Of a stretch of 64,000 bases of DNA, positions 19,199 to 28,020 are shown piece by piece. The notes beneath the pieces are model-generated. The model was not told the origin of the DNA and did no database searches. It was given only the letters and a program-made list of their open reading frames with translations. This DNA comes from Pyrinomonadaceae bacterium (GTDB taxonomy: Bacteria > Acidobacteriota > Blastocatellia > Pyrinomonadales > Pyrinomonadaceae). The DNA is taken from NCBI GenBank assembly GCA_030840675.1, contig JAVEEA010000072.1, positions 3,938 to 67,937 of the forward strand. Direction: 5' to 3'. The position numbers were made by a program, and so were the translations under genes. The stretch's first letter is position 1. Every line of letters begins with the position of its first letter.

Positions 19199-20242
19199 AT
19201 GTTACGAACAGAAGGTTACGCAGTTACAAGCGCCGAGTCGAAATTCGCTCCCTTTGCATTCGAGCGTCGTGAACTTGAACCCAAAGACGTCTTGATCGAA
19301 ATCATGTTTTGCGGCGTCTGTCACTCGGACATTCACCAGGCGCGGAATGAGTGGGACAATTCGAGCTACCCGATGGTGCCTGGTCATGAAATCGTAGGGC
19401 GCATCAAGCAAACCGGCGCCGGGGTGACGAAGTTTAAGACCGGCGACTTTGCCGGCGTCGGTTGTTTCGTTGATTCGTGCCGCACTTGCGACAACTGCCG
19501 TCAGGGAGCCGAACAGTTTTGCCAGGTACACGCGGTAATGACCTACAACGGAACTGAGATGGACCAGCAGACGCCGACTTTCGGCGGTTACTCATCACAA
19601 ATCGTCGTGGCTGAAGCGTACGCGCTGAAAATTCGCGAGCAGGAAAATCTGGCTGCCGTCGCCCCGCTACTCTGCGCCGGTATCACAACCTATTCGCCGC
19701 TCAAACGCTTTAACGTGCGCGCGGGGCAGAAGGTTGGCATTGTCGGTTTAGGCGGCCTCGGTCATATGGGCGTGAAGCTTGCGGTCTCAATGGGCGCGGA
19801 AGTAACGGTGTTCAGCACCTCGCCGTCGAAAGAAGCGGACGCGCGGAAGTTGGGCGCACATAACTTTGTGGTCACGAAAAACCCGGAGAATCTCGCGCCT
19901 CTGGCCGGCGCCTTTAATTTCATCCTTGACACCGTAAGCGCTCCCCACGATCTTAATCCTTATCTCAATTTGTTGGCACTGAACGGGGCGATGGTCATCG
20001 TGGGCATACCGACAACACCCGCGGAGGTGGCAGCGTTTTCACTCGTCACCAACAATCGCATACTCGCCGGTTCCGGTATCGGCGGCATACCCGAGACGCA
20101 GGAGATGCTTGACTACTGCTTCGAGAACAAGATCTTTTCCGAAGTGGAAATAATTCCCATTCAGAAGATCGAAGAAGCGTTCGAACGCACACTTAAGGCT
20201 GACGTGCGCTATCGCTTCGTCATTGATATGGCATCGCTCTAA
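19199..20242 (+). CDS. Zn-dependent NAD(P) alcohol dehydrogenase (CAD/YahK-like)
   Basis: GVCHSDIH, GHEIVG, the structural-zinc pattern CRTCDNCRQGAEQFC, and GLGGLGHMG. Confidence 0.9.
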   Translation: MLRTEGYAVTSAESKFAPFAFERRELEPKDVLIEIMFCGVCHSDIHQARNEWDNSSYPMVPGHEIVGRIKQTGAGVTKFKTGDFAGVGCFVDSCRTCDNCRQGAEQFCQVHAVMTYNGTEMDQQTPTFGGYSSQIVVAEAYALKIREQENLAAVAPLLCAGITTYSPLKRFNVRAGQKVGIVGLGGLGHMGVKLAVSMGAEVTVFSTSPSKEADARKLGAHNFVVTKNPENLAPLAGAFNFILDTVSAPHDLNPYLNLLALNGAMVIVGIPTTPAEVAAFSLVTNNRILAGSGIGGIPETQEMLDYCFENKIFSEVEIIPIQKIEEAFERTLKADVRYRFVIDMASL

Positions 20243-20521
20243 GGAATGAACTGGGTCGGAATGTTTTGAGCACCTGCTCAAGCGGACGGCGGTCGGCGGG
20301 CGATAGATTACGTAGGAGCGTGGACAAAAACATCCAGCTACCGCGTTGCGTCGCAGTAACACCAATCGCTCAGGTTTGTCGCGACGATCGTTCAATCTCT
20401 CGTTTTTCCGGCGAACGCGAACCAGCTTTTGACGCGGACTAAAAACTCCACCCTCGTTAATTTCCCCCAACACCAACTACAAATTCCCTGAGAATTCTGT
20501 TCGTCTCCCTCACTTTTGAGA

Positions 20522-20537
20522 CGGTATGCAAAATGCT
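20522..20537 (+). promoter_or_regulatory. candidate sigma-54 (-24/-12) promoter of the eCIS operon
   Basis: CGGTATGCAAAATGCT has GG and GC at the exact consensus spacing of TGGCACG-N4-TTGCW, with 4 further matches. It lies 86 nt upstream of the first eCIS start. Chance matches are expected in a window this size. Confidence 0.25.
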
Positions 20538-20622
20538 CTGTACCCTCGCGCGCGTTGCCATGCGGCGCCGGCCTGAAACCAGCAGCCACCGGTGAAGCGT
20601 CACTCAAAAGGAGGGTCCGTGT

Positions 20623-21192
20623 GTGGCCGACTTCACCGTCATCTCGGCGGTTTCAGACACTCTCAGAGTAATGCTCGATGCGGCCATCAAGGCGAAGGTC
20701 GCGGCTGGCGCGGCTGCCTTTCTCAATGTTGAAAGTCTACCGAACAGTCCCACGCTCACGATTTTTTTGTTTGAAGTCGGTGAAGATCCCAGCGCACGCA
20801 ACCAGGCTCGCGTTCGCGAAACAACGCCGCCGAACATGAGCATCAGAAAGCCGCCCGTCACTCTGTTGTTGCGATATCTGTTGACTCCCTGGGGAGGCGA
20901 CGCGGTTACCGAACAAAAGATTCTGGGGATCACAATCCAGACTCTTTACAACCACGCAATTCTAAGCGGCCCGGTACTGCAGGGAGTGCTCAACCCAACC
21001 GACGCCGCGCTCAAAGTAACTTTGTCGCCGCTGAGCCTGGAAGAAAAGGCGCGCGTTTGGAACACCATGCAGAAAGCGTTTCGCCTATCACTTTCTTACG
21101 AAGTGCGCGTGGTAAATCTTGACGCCGACGACGGTGAAAGCTTCAAACCAGTGACCCGGCGAACTGTCGCGGAGGAAGGCGCAATAAGTTGA
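20623..21192 (+). CDS. Pvc16_N/DUF4255 protein (Afp16-like tail cap/terminator)
   Basis: GTG start behind AAAAGGAGGG. The N-terminus ISAVSDTLRVMLD ... TIFLFEVGEDP ... LLLRYLLTPWG follows the DUF4255 pattern. Confidence 0.8.
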   Translation: MADFTVISAVSDTLRVMLDAAIKAKVAAGAAAFLNVESLPNSPTLTIFLFEVGEDPSARNQARVRETTPPNMSIRKPPVTLLLRYLLTPWGGDAVTEQKILGITIQTLYNHAILSGPVLQGVLNPTDAALKVTLSPLSLEEKARVWNTMQKAFRLSLSYEVRVVNLDADDGESFKPVTRRTVAEEGAIS

Positions 21193-21914
21193 TGACGACG
21201 TGGCGTAACTTGCCGGGCGAAAAGCTGGAAATGTACAGCCCGATCGGTTTGATACCTACGGATGTCTTTACCTCCAAGGAGCCGTTCGGGCGAATGAAGG
21301 TGATGCTGGACAGGCGTGAGAATGATGGCCCGTGGCGGTTGACCGATATCAAGGAGGTAAGGACCGCTAGCGGCGTAATTGCTTATCCGGGGTTAGGACG
21401 CGGTGCCATGGTGATGGGCCAACCGCCGCGTCGCTATCGTGTCAGAGTCGAAGCAGAGTTCTATTTGCCGCTGTACACAAAAACGGTCGGCGGCACGCTG
21501 GAGGGAATCGAGTTTGACGGCTTTGCTTACAACGACGCGCTGCCGCCGGACAACTATCCGAAGCAAGCGTCCGAGTTTCCCGCTTATCTCGAAGCGGTGT
21601 TGCGGAAACTGTGGCTGGCGCCGGCGCCGAACTATGCGTTTCCCAACCATGTGCGCGTTTTGCGTGGAGACGTGGTTGACGGGACCACCGGGCTGGCGGT
21701 GAGCGGGGCTGAAGTGAGTTGGGGAAATAAGGAGACGGCGTTAACGGACGACAAGGGCGCATTCGGTTTGCCGTTGCGTGTCAAAAAAAAAGAGGAGCTG
21801 ACGGACCTGCAAAAGATCGACGCCAGCGACCGGCAAGCAACGCCACGATTGGGAATGAAAGAGATCATCATTCCTGAAGCTGTGGGAAACAACCTAACCA
21901 TAACTATCTCTTGA
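21192..21914 (+). CDS. eCIS-associated hypothetical protein with carboxypeptidase-regulatory-like C-terminal segment
   Basis: ATG overlaps the upstream TGA (TGATG). VLRGDVVDGTTGLAVSGAEVSWGNKETALTDDKGAFGL resembles CarboxypepD_reg-type beta-sandwiches. Confidence 0.55.
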   Translation: MTTWRNLPGEKLEMYSPIGLIPTDVFTSKEPFGRMKVMLDRRENDGPWRLTDIKEVRTASGVIAYPGLGRGAMVMGQPPRRYRVRVEAEFYLPLYTKTVGGTLEGIEFDGFAYNDALPPDNYPKQASEFPAYLEAVLRKLWLAPAPNYAFPNHVRVLRGDVVDGTTGLAVSGAEVSWGNKETALTDDKGAFGLPLRVKKKEELTDLQKIDASDRQATPRLGMKEIIIPEAVGNNLTITIS

Positions 21915-21926
21915 GAGGAAGAAAAC

Positions 21927-24470
21927 ATGCCTGAATATCTAAGTCCTGGTGTTTACGTTGAAGAGATCGACGCGGGGCCGAAGCCGATTGAAGGCGTCAG
22001 TACGAGCACGTGCGGCGCGCTAGGAATCACTGCGCGCGGACCGACGTCGGGCAAGCCTGAACTCGTCACCAGCTTTGCCGAATTTCAACGCAAGTTTGGC
22101 GGCTTCTTGCCTGAGCCGCTGCCGGCCCTGGCGAATGGTTGGGCACTCAACGAGGCAGAGGGCGGACGCTGGTGGCAGTTTCCACTGTCGGTCAAGGGCT
22201 TCTTCGACAACGGTGGGCAACGGCTTTACGTCAAGCGCGTCTTTAGCAGCACCGCGACCACCGCCGCGGTTGAGTTAGGCCATGGTCTCGCGAGCGAAAT
22301 ACTCCGCGATGCACCGGCGGCGGCGACGGAGTTGCGCCTGCGCCACACTATCGGCATTGAGAACGGGACCGCTATTCAGTTGATAGTTAACGGACAAGCG
22401 GCCGGCAACTTCACGGTGCAAAGCTACAGCGCGGCTGGCGCGGTCGTCCTCGACAATCCAGTCGGACAGGATATTAAGGGTGGTCGCGATTTTGTTCAGA
22501 TCATAGCGCGTACGGCGACCGCTGCTGGCCCACCGGACGAGCGTCTTACTGTGCGCGCGAAGGCGAGCGGCAGTTGGGGTGGAGACGAAAATAGCGAGAC
22601 GGGAATTCTGGCCGGTAATGGCCTGCGCGTGCGCGTGCGACCGGAAGTTGCGGCTTCGCTGAAATTGCTCGCGTCGCCGGTTGCGGGCGGTAGTCCGGCA
22701 AGTACCGCTGTTCTGGTGCAGGGGCCGGTGGGCGCTACGGTAATTGAAGTGAGAGGAGTCGAAGGTCTCACCAACGGTGACACTGTTTCGGTTGACGGCG
22801 CTGAATACGTCGTGTCGGCTGTGACGGCGGCACGGTTCGACATCGCTCCCTCCGGCGCTCCTCCGCCGGCTGGTCCACTGCCCGCCGGAACCGAAGTGAG
22901 AGAAAGTGGACAATTGCGCGCGCGCCTCGCCGCTCCCGCAACCACCACCGATGCCTTCGTCATTGTCGACACAGTAACCGGTCTAACCAATGGCGACACA
23001 GTAGTGATCGGCGCGAATAGTTACGTCATTGCAAACGTGACGACCGCGCGCTTAACGGTCACCCCCGCGGTGCCCAGCGGCGATCCGTGGGAACCGGGCA
23101 CCGTTATTCGCCGGCTGCGGCCTGCTTATGACACCGGCACCCCCGGGCTCATCGTCAGCGTGCAAAACGCCGCGCAGCTTTACCCGGGCGCGCTCGTCGA
23201 ACTCGATAATGGCACAGACAAAGAGCAACGCGTCGTCGACTCGATCAATGGTGAGTCGGTAACGCTCTCGGGCCCCAACCTCGCTAACAATTATTTCGAA
23301 GGACACCGGCTGCGGCTGATCGAGGTCGAGATCGGCGCGCGTTACCTGCATAACTATCTAGTGGCCGCCGAAGAGATCCTTTCCAACCTGCGCCTCGTTG
23401 ACGATGGTGGTCCAAATTATATTGTGCGCCGCGTCAATGAAGAGTCGAAGCTGTTCGATCTCGAAGCGGGCGCGGACTTCGCGGGCGCAGTAGACACGTT
23501 TGCCGAACTGCCTAGTTTGCCGCTGCCCAGCGCCGCGGCCCCCAACGGTCCGCAAATGAGTGCCTGGTGGAACTTGACGGGTGGTGCGGACAACCTCGAA
23601 GGCTTAACGGTTGACGATTTCGTCGGTGTGCAGGACGGCGGTGAACGTTCGACCGGCGTTCAGTCGTTGGAGTACATCGATGAAATTTCGATCTGTATGG
23701 CGCCCGGGATGTGGTCGTCCACAATTCAATCGGCGCTCATCATTCATTGCGAGACTCTGAAAGACCGATTTGCCATTCTCGATCCTCCGGGCAACCTCGA
23801 CATTGAAGACGTGCGCGTTTTCCGCGAGCCGCTGGACACGAAGTATGCGGCGCTTTATTACCCGCACATTGAAGTGCGCGACCCTTCGCTGAAAAGAAAT
23901 GTAGCCGTTGGTCCGTCGGGACACATGGCCGGGATTTACGCCCGCGTCGATGTGGAGCGAGGCGTGCACAAGGCGCCGGCGAATGAAGTGATTCGCGGCA
24001 TTACCAGGATCGCGGACGATGTGACCAAGCGAGAACAGGATCTGCTCAATCCGCGAAACATAAACGTCCTGCGGTTCTTCCCGGGACGCGGCAATCGCGT
24101 CTGGGGCGCGCGCGTCGTTACCTCCGACGCCGCCTGGAAGTACATCAACGTGCGCCGGCTCTTCATCTTCGTGGAGGAGTCGATCGATGAGGGCACGCAA
24201 TGGGTTGTCTTTGAGCCCAACGACGAGCCGCTCTGGGCGCGCGTGCGCGCGACGATCAACAACTTCCTTACCAGCGTCTGGCGCACTGGCGCGCTTCAGG
24301 GTGCGAAACCCGATGAAGCGTTCTTCGTCAGGTGTGACCGCACCACCATGACCCAGGACGACATCGACAACGGCCGGTTGATCTGCCTGGTCGGTATCGC
24401 GCCAGTGAAGCCGGCGGAATTCGTCATCTTCCGTATCCAGCAGAAGACGCTGGAAAACAAGGTCAGCTAA
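21927..24470 (+). CDS. contractile tail sheath protein (long form, 847 aa)
   Basis: Canonical sheath N-terminus MPEYLSPGVYVEEID. The C-terminal domain contains RFAILDPP ... YYPHIEV ... GHMAGIYARVDVERGVHKAPAN ... NVLRFFPGRGNRVWGAR. Confidence 0.92.
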   Translation: MPEYLSPGVYVEEIDAGPKPIEGVSTSTCGALGITARGPTSGKPELVTSFAEFQRKFGGFLPEPLPALANGWALNEAEGGRWWQFPLSVKGFFDNGGQRLYVKRVFSSTATTAAVELGHGLASEILRDAPAAATELRLRHTIGIENGTAIQLIVNGQAAGNFTVQSYSAAGAVVLDNPVGQDIKGGRDFVQIIARTATAAGPPDERLTVRAKASGSWGGDENSETGILAGNGLRVRVRPEVAASLKLLASPVAGGSPASTAVLVQGPVGATVIEVRGVEGLTNGDTVSVDGAEYVVSAVTAARFDIAPSGAPPPAGPLPAGTEVRESGQLRARLAAPATTTDAFVIVDTVTGLTNGDTVVIGANSYVIANVTTARLTVTPAVPSGDPWEPGTVIRRLRPAYDTGTPGLIVSVQNAAQLYPGALVELDNGTDKEQRVVDSINGESVTLSGPNLANNYFEGHRLRLIEVEIGARYLHNYLVAAEEILSNLRLVDDGGPNYIVRRVNEESKLFDLEAGADFAGAVDTFAELPSLPLPSAAAPNGPQMSAWWNLTGGADNLEGLTVDDFVGVQDGGERSTGVQSLEYIDEISICMAPGMWSSTIQSALIIHCETLKDRFAILDPPGNLDIEDVRVFREPLDTKYAALYYPHIEVRDPSLKRNVAVGPSGHMAGIYARVDVERGVHKAPANEVIRGITRIADDVTKREQDLLNPRNINVLRFFPGRGNRVWGARVVTSDAAWKYINVRRLFIFVEESIDEGTQWVVFEPNDEPLWARVRATINNFLTSVWRTGALQGAKPDEAFFVRCDRTTMTQDDIDNGRLICLVGIAPVKPAEFVIFRIQQKTLENKVS

Positions 24471-24513
24471 AGAGTCGGGGTCAAACCCTGGCTCATAACT
24501 AAAGAGGACAACT

Positions 24514-24975
24514 ATGCCTGTATATCGAGACGACCCATACGCGGGATACAACTTCGAGGTCGTAGTCACTGGCATCAGCGACGACGGCAAAGCGGTCAAG
24601 GGTTCATTCGCCGAAGCTTCGGGACTCGAGGCGGCGATGGATCCGATCGAATACCGCAACGGCAGTGAAGACATCACGGTGCGCAAGCTGCCGGGCTTGA
24701 AAAAGTTTACCAACATCACGCTCAAGCGCGGCGTGACCGGGGACCTGGCCTTCTGGAATTGGATCGTTCAGGGAATGAACGGAACGATATTGCGTACTGA
24801 AGGTTCGATTCTTCTGCTCAACGAAGCGAAGCAGGAGGTGATGCGCTGGAACTTCAAACGTGCCTGGATTACTAAGTGTACCCAACCAAGCATGAATGCG
24901 AAAAACAACGAGGTGGCGATGGAGACGGTGGAAATTTGCCATGAGGGCCTCTCCGTTGACGGACAGACCGGATGA
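24514..24975 (+). CDS. tail tube protein (T4 gp19-like / Afp1-like)
   Basis: YAGYNFEVVVTGISDDG ... FAEASGLEA ... IEYRNG ... NITLKRGV is the typical eCIS/T4 gp19 tube pattern. Confidence 0.9.
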   Translation: MPVYRDDPYAGYNFEVVVTGISDDGKAVKGSFAEASGLEAAMDPIEYRNGSEDITVRKLPGLKKFTNITLKRGVTGDLAFWNWIVQGMNGTILRTEGSILLLNEAKQEVMRWNFKRAWITKCTQPSMNAKNNEVAMETVEICHEGLSVDGQTG

Positions 24976-26618
24976 GATCGGCACCCACAGTTCCCGGACT
25001 GACCTTCTCGGTTTCGCCTCCTTTGGCGGAGCCTTCACCCCTGCGCTCGGACGTGGCCGGTTTCATCGGCCGCACCAGGCGTGGACCAGTGGGCGTGCCA
25101 ATTCGGGTCGAGGGTTGGCGTGGTTATCAGCGGGAGTTTGGCGGACTCTACAGCGCCGCGGTGATGACTTATGCCATTCGGGGCTACTTCGAGAACGAGG
25201 GCGAGGTGGCCCATGTGATTCGGCTGGGCCATCCTTCTGCCTTGCCGGCGCGCGCGATTTGGAACGTCGGCGACTTTGACAAGAGCGGAAAGTGGAGCGC
25301 GAATTCACCCGCGGGATTCGAGCACGCGAGTTATTTGATCGCGGCCAGCAGCGCCGGGGAGTGGGCCAACGACACCCGAATCGCTATCAGATTTCGCCGC
25401 AGTGGGGCCTCCGGAAAACCTGAGTTAGATATGACGATTGCTGTCCCCGACGAGCCGCCGCAGTACTTCAACGGCATTCCGCTGTTGCCTGATGCCGGGG
25501 CCAGGAGTGAACAGGAGCGCAGCACCTTTGCTGAACTCATCAACACCGGTTCGCGCTTCATTCAGGTCACGTCGCTGGGTCCAAAAACGGAGCCTCGTTC
25601 AGCAAGCGAGGGGCCGAACGCAAGAGAGTGGGAAAGGGAACTCACCCTGAAGGGTGGCACGGACTCGGCCCAGGGCGAAACTCCCGACAAGCAAACTTAC
25701 CTCGACGCCATCACTGAACTGCGAGACATCGGCGAGGTGGCCCTCGTCGCTGTCCCGGGATTAGCAGACGACCTGAAAAAAGATCCGGACGGGCAGCAGG
25801 AGATTCTGCTGACCCTGATTGAACAGGCGGAGGAGCTTCGCGATCGCCAGGTGCTGATTGACGTCAGCACCGGCGGGGAACACGAGGACGAAAGTGATGA
25901 CGCAACGCGAGCCGTGGAAGAAACCTTGAAGTGGATCGAAGACCTGCGCAGCAACCTGGACCAGGGGGCGCGGGCGGCGACTGTCTACCATCCGCGGCTG
26001 ACAGTTTCCGATCCGCTTGGGGGCTTGAGGCACCCGCTGCGCAACATTCCGCCTTCGGGACACGTGGCCGGTGTGATTAGCCGCGTCGACCGGCTGCGCG
26101 GTGCGCATCATACGCCGGCAAACGCCGAAATATTTGGAGTGGTCGACGTTACGCAGGGCTTCGATCCACTCGAGCAAGCGCGTTTCAACTCCAACGGCGT
26201 GAATCTGCTGCGGTGCTTCGCCGGCAAGGGCTTGTTGGTTTGGGGCGGACGGACGCTCAACCTTGAACCGCAGTTGAAGTTTGTGGCCCATCGCCGGTTG
26301 ATTCATCGTCTCGTCCGTGCGATTCGCGCTGTAGCCGAGCCACTCGTCTTTGAAACCAACGGACCCGAACTCTGGCTGGCCCTGGCGCGCTCGATTACGA
26401 GCATCTTGCTGCAAGCGTGGCGGGCGGGCGCGTTGAAAGGAGCGCGGCCCGAAGAAGCTTTCCAGGTTCGCTGCGACGAAAAACTAAATCCACCGGAGGA
26501 AGTGGATGCGGGTCGCGTCTTGTGTGAGGTCGAACTGGCGCCGGCCACGCCGATGGAGTTCATTCAGTTGCGGATTTCCCTGGGCGGCGAGGGCAAGCTG
26601 GAGGTGTTTGAGTCATGA
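24972..26618 (+). CDS. contractile tail sheath protein (short form, 548 aa)
   Basis: ATGA overlap with the tube gene. The sheath C-terminal domain is repeated (TVYHPRL ... GHVAGVISRVDRLRGAHHTPAN ... NLLRCFAGKGLLVWGGRT). Confidence 0.88.
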   Translation: MRSAPTVPGLTFSVSPPLAEPSPLRSDVAGFIGRTRRGPVGVPIRVEGWRGYQREFGGLYSAAVMTYAIRGYFENEGEVAHVIRLGHPSALPARAIWNVGDFDKSGKWSANSPAGFEHASYLIAASSAGEWANDTRIAIRFRRSGASGKPELDMTIAVPDEPPQYFNGIPLLPDAGARSEQERSTFAELINTGSRFIQVTSLGPKTEPRSASEGPNAREWERELTLKGGTDSAQGETPDKQTYLDAITELRDIGEVALVAVPGLADDLKKDPDGQQEILLTLIEQAEELRDRQVLIDVSTGGEHEDESDDATRAVEETLKWIEDLRSNLDQGARAATVYHPRLTVSDPLGGLRHPLRNIPPSGHVAGVISRVDRLRGAHHTPANAEIFGVVDVTQGFDPLEQARFNSNGVNLLRCFAGKGLLVWGGRTLNLEPQLKFVAHRRLIHRLVRAIRAVAEPLVFETNGPELWLALARSITSILLQAWRAGALKGARPEEAFQVRCDEKLNPPEEVDAGRVLCEVELAPATPMEFIQLRISLGGEGKLEVFES

Positions 26619-27121
26619 CTCCAAATCCGCTGAGTGTGTTTACCGATCCGCTGACCTCCTATCGCTTCGTGGTGACGCTGAATGCCGGAGACGCTTATCT
26701 GAAACCGCCGCAAGCGGCGCTGCTGAAGTTTTATGCAACGGCTGGTTTCCAGGAGGTCAAGGGCCTGGGCGCCGATCTGGAAGTGACCACCTATGCCGAG
26801 GGAGGCGTCAACGATCATGTACACCAACTTCCGGTGCGTCATTCATGGACGCGCATTTCGCTGCGCCGCGGCCTGACGCTCGGTAGCGGATTGTGGGAAT
26901 GGTATGAGGCGGGCCTGACGCAATCGCTGGGGGCGCGTCGTGACGGCGCCATTATCCTAATGTCACCGGCCGGCATTCCGGTGGCGGCGTGGGAATTTTT
27001 CGGAGGCATCGCCGCTAAGTGGACCGGCCCTGAATTTAATGCGATGCAGAACGCGGTCGCGATCGAGAGTATCGAGATTGCGCACGACGGCGTGCGTCAA
27101 GTCACCGTCTTATCGCTCTAG
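26615..27121 (+). CDS. second tail tube protein (Afp5-like)
   Basis: ATGA overlap. SYRFVVTLNAGD ... FQEVKGLGADLEV ... YAEGG ... ISLRRGL matches the gp19-like tube pattern. Confidence 0.85.
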   Translation: MTPNPLSVFTDPLTSYRFVVTLNAGDAYLKPPQAALLKFYATAGFQEVKGLGADLEVTTYAEGGVNDHVHQLPVRHSWTRISLRRGLTLGSGLWEWYEAGLTQSLGARRDGAIILMSPAGIPVAAWEFFGGIAAKWTGPEFNAMQNAVAIESIEIAHDGVRQVTVLSL

Positions 27122-27160
27122 CAGAGGAACTGTAGCAGCAATGATTGAGAGGCGTAGCTG

Positions 27161-27340
27161 ATGGTTTCAATCAACAACTTGGACGTGAGGTTTGACGTTG
27201 AAGGCGACGGTGACGAAGCGACGTTTGCCAGATTGTTTGAGAAGTATGTGCGCCAGTGGCACACGAAACAGGAAGAAGCGAGCGAGCGAGAACACCGGGA
27301 CAGGGAAGAGCGGGCCGTGGGAGATCGTCCCGAGGTCTAA
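27161..27340 (+). CDS. small eCIS ORF (59 aa) in the Afp6/Pvc6 position
   Basis: Hand translation gives MVSINNLDVRFDVEGDGDEATFARLFEKYVRQWHTKQEEASEREHRDREERAVGDRPEV. It fills the only gap between tube 2 and the LysM gene, on the same strand, and is below the track threshold. Confidence 0.4.
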   Translation: MVSINNLDVRFDVEGDGDEATFARLFEKYVRQWHTKQEEASEREHRDREERAVGDRPEV

Positions 27341-27345
27341 GAATT

Positions 27346-28005
27346 ATGACTAATCCGATAACTAGTGCGAGCCAGAGTTTGCAGCGCGCGAAGCTGATCA
27401 TCGAGTCGCCGGTGACGGGCGATAATATCATCGACTTCAAATTTAATCCGACCGAGTATCAGCTGCAAAAGGCGAACAACTTCGCCGAGATAGCAATCCC
27501 CGGTTTGGAGTCGCCACCGATTCAATTCGTACGCGGCAACTGTGAAAAGTTGAGCGTCGAGCTGTTGGCTGACACTTCCGATACGCTTCTGGACGTGCGC
27601 GTGGTCTATGTAAACAAGTTGCGCAACCTGCTCAGGATTAGAAGCGAGTCGCACGCGCCGCCGATAGTCAACTTTGTTTGGAGCAACAATGAATTTCGCG
27701 GCGTGGTCGAAAGCCTGAACGTTACCTACGTCTTGTTTTCGCCCGAAGGCGTGCCCCTGCGCGCGAAACTTAGTTTGACGCTGAAGGAATATCGTCCGGT
27801 TGAAATTCAACTCAAGGACTCGCCCAGGACATCCCCCGATTTGGAAAAGACCTGGGTCGTCAGACGCGGCGACAAACTCAGTAGCATCGCGGCTGCCGTC
27901 TATCGTGACGCCGGCGTCTGGCGCGCAATTGCCAAAGCTAACCAAATTCAGGATCCCCGCACTTTAAAGCCGGGGAGAGTGCTGACACTGCCGCGAATTC
28001 GTTGA
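27346..28005 (+). CDS. tube-initiator-like protein with C-terminal LysM domain (Afp7/Pvc7-like)
   Basis: Start reset to ATG 27346. The tube-like N-domain contains FKFNPTEYQLQK. The C-terminal LysM region is VVRRGDKLSSIAAAVYRDAGVWRAIAKANQIQDPRTLKPGRVLTLP. Confidence 0.8.
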   Translation: MTNPITSASQSLQRAKLIIESPVTGDNIIDFKFNPTEYQLQKANNFAEIAIPGLESPPIQFVRGNCEKLSVELLADTSDTLLDVRVVYVNKLRNLLRIRSESHAPPIVNFVWSNNEFRGVVESLNVTYVLFSPEGVPLRAKLSLTLKEYRPVEIQLKDSPRTSPDLEKTWVVRRGDKLSSIAAAVYRDAGVWRAIAKANQIQDPRTLKPGRVLTLPRIR

Positions 28006-28020
28006 ACCCGGTGAACTCGA

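Noticed and set aside
23604-24725. Long antisense ORFs inside eCIS and cargo genes (e.g. 23604..24725, 22275..22913, 35282..36154, 35730..36629, 50611..51432 and 57690..58367, all minus strand)
   Set aside because: They fully overlap strongly recognisable plus-strand genes and are Arg/Ala/Pro/Ser-rich with no motifs. This is the typical shadow-ORF pattern in GC-rich DNA.
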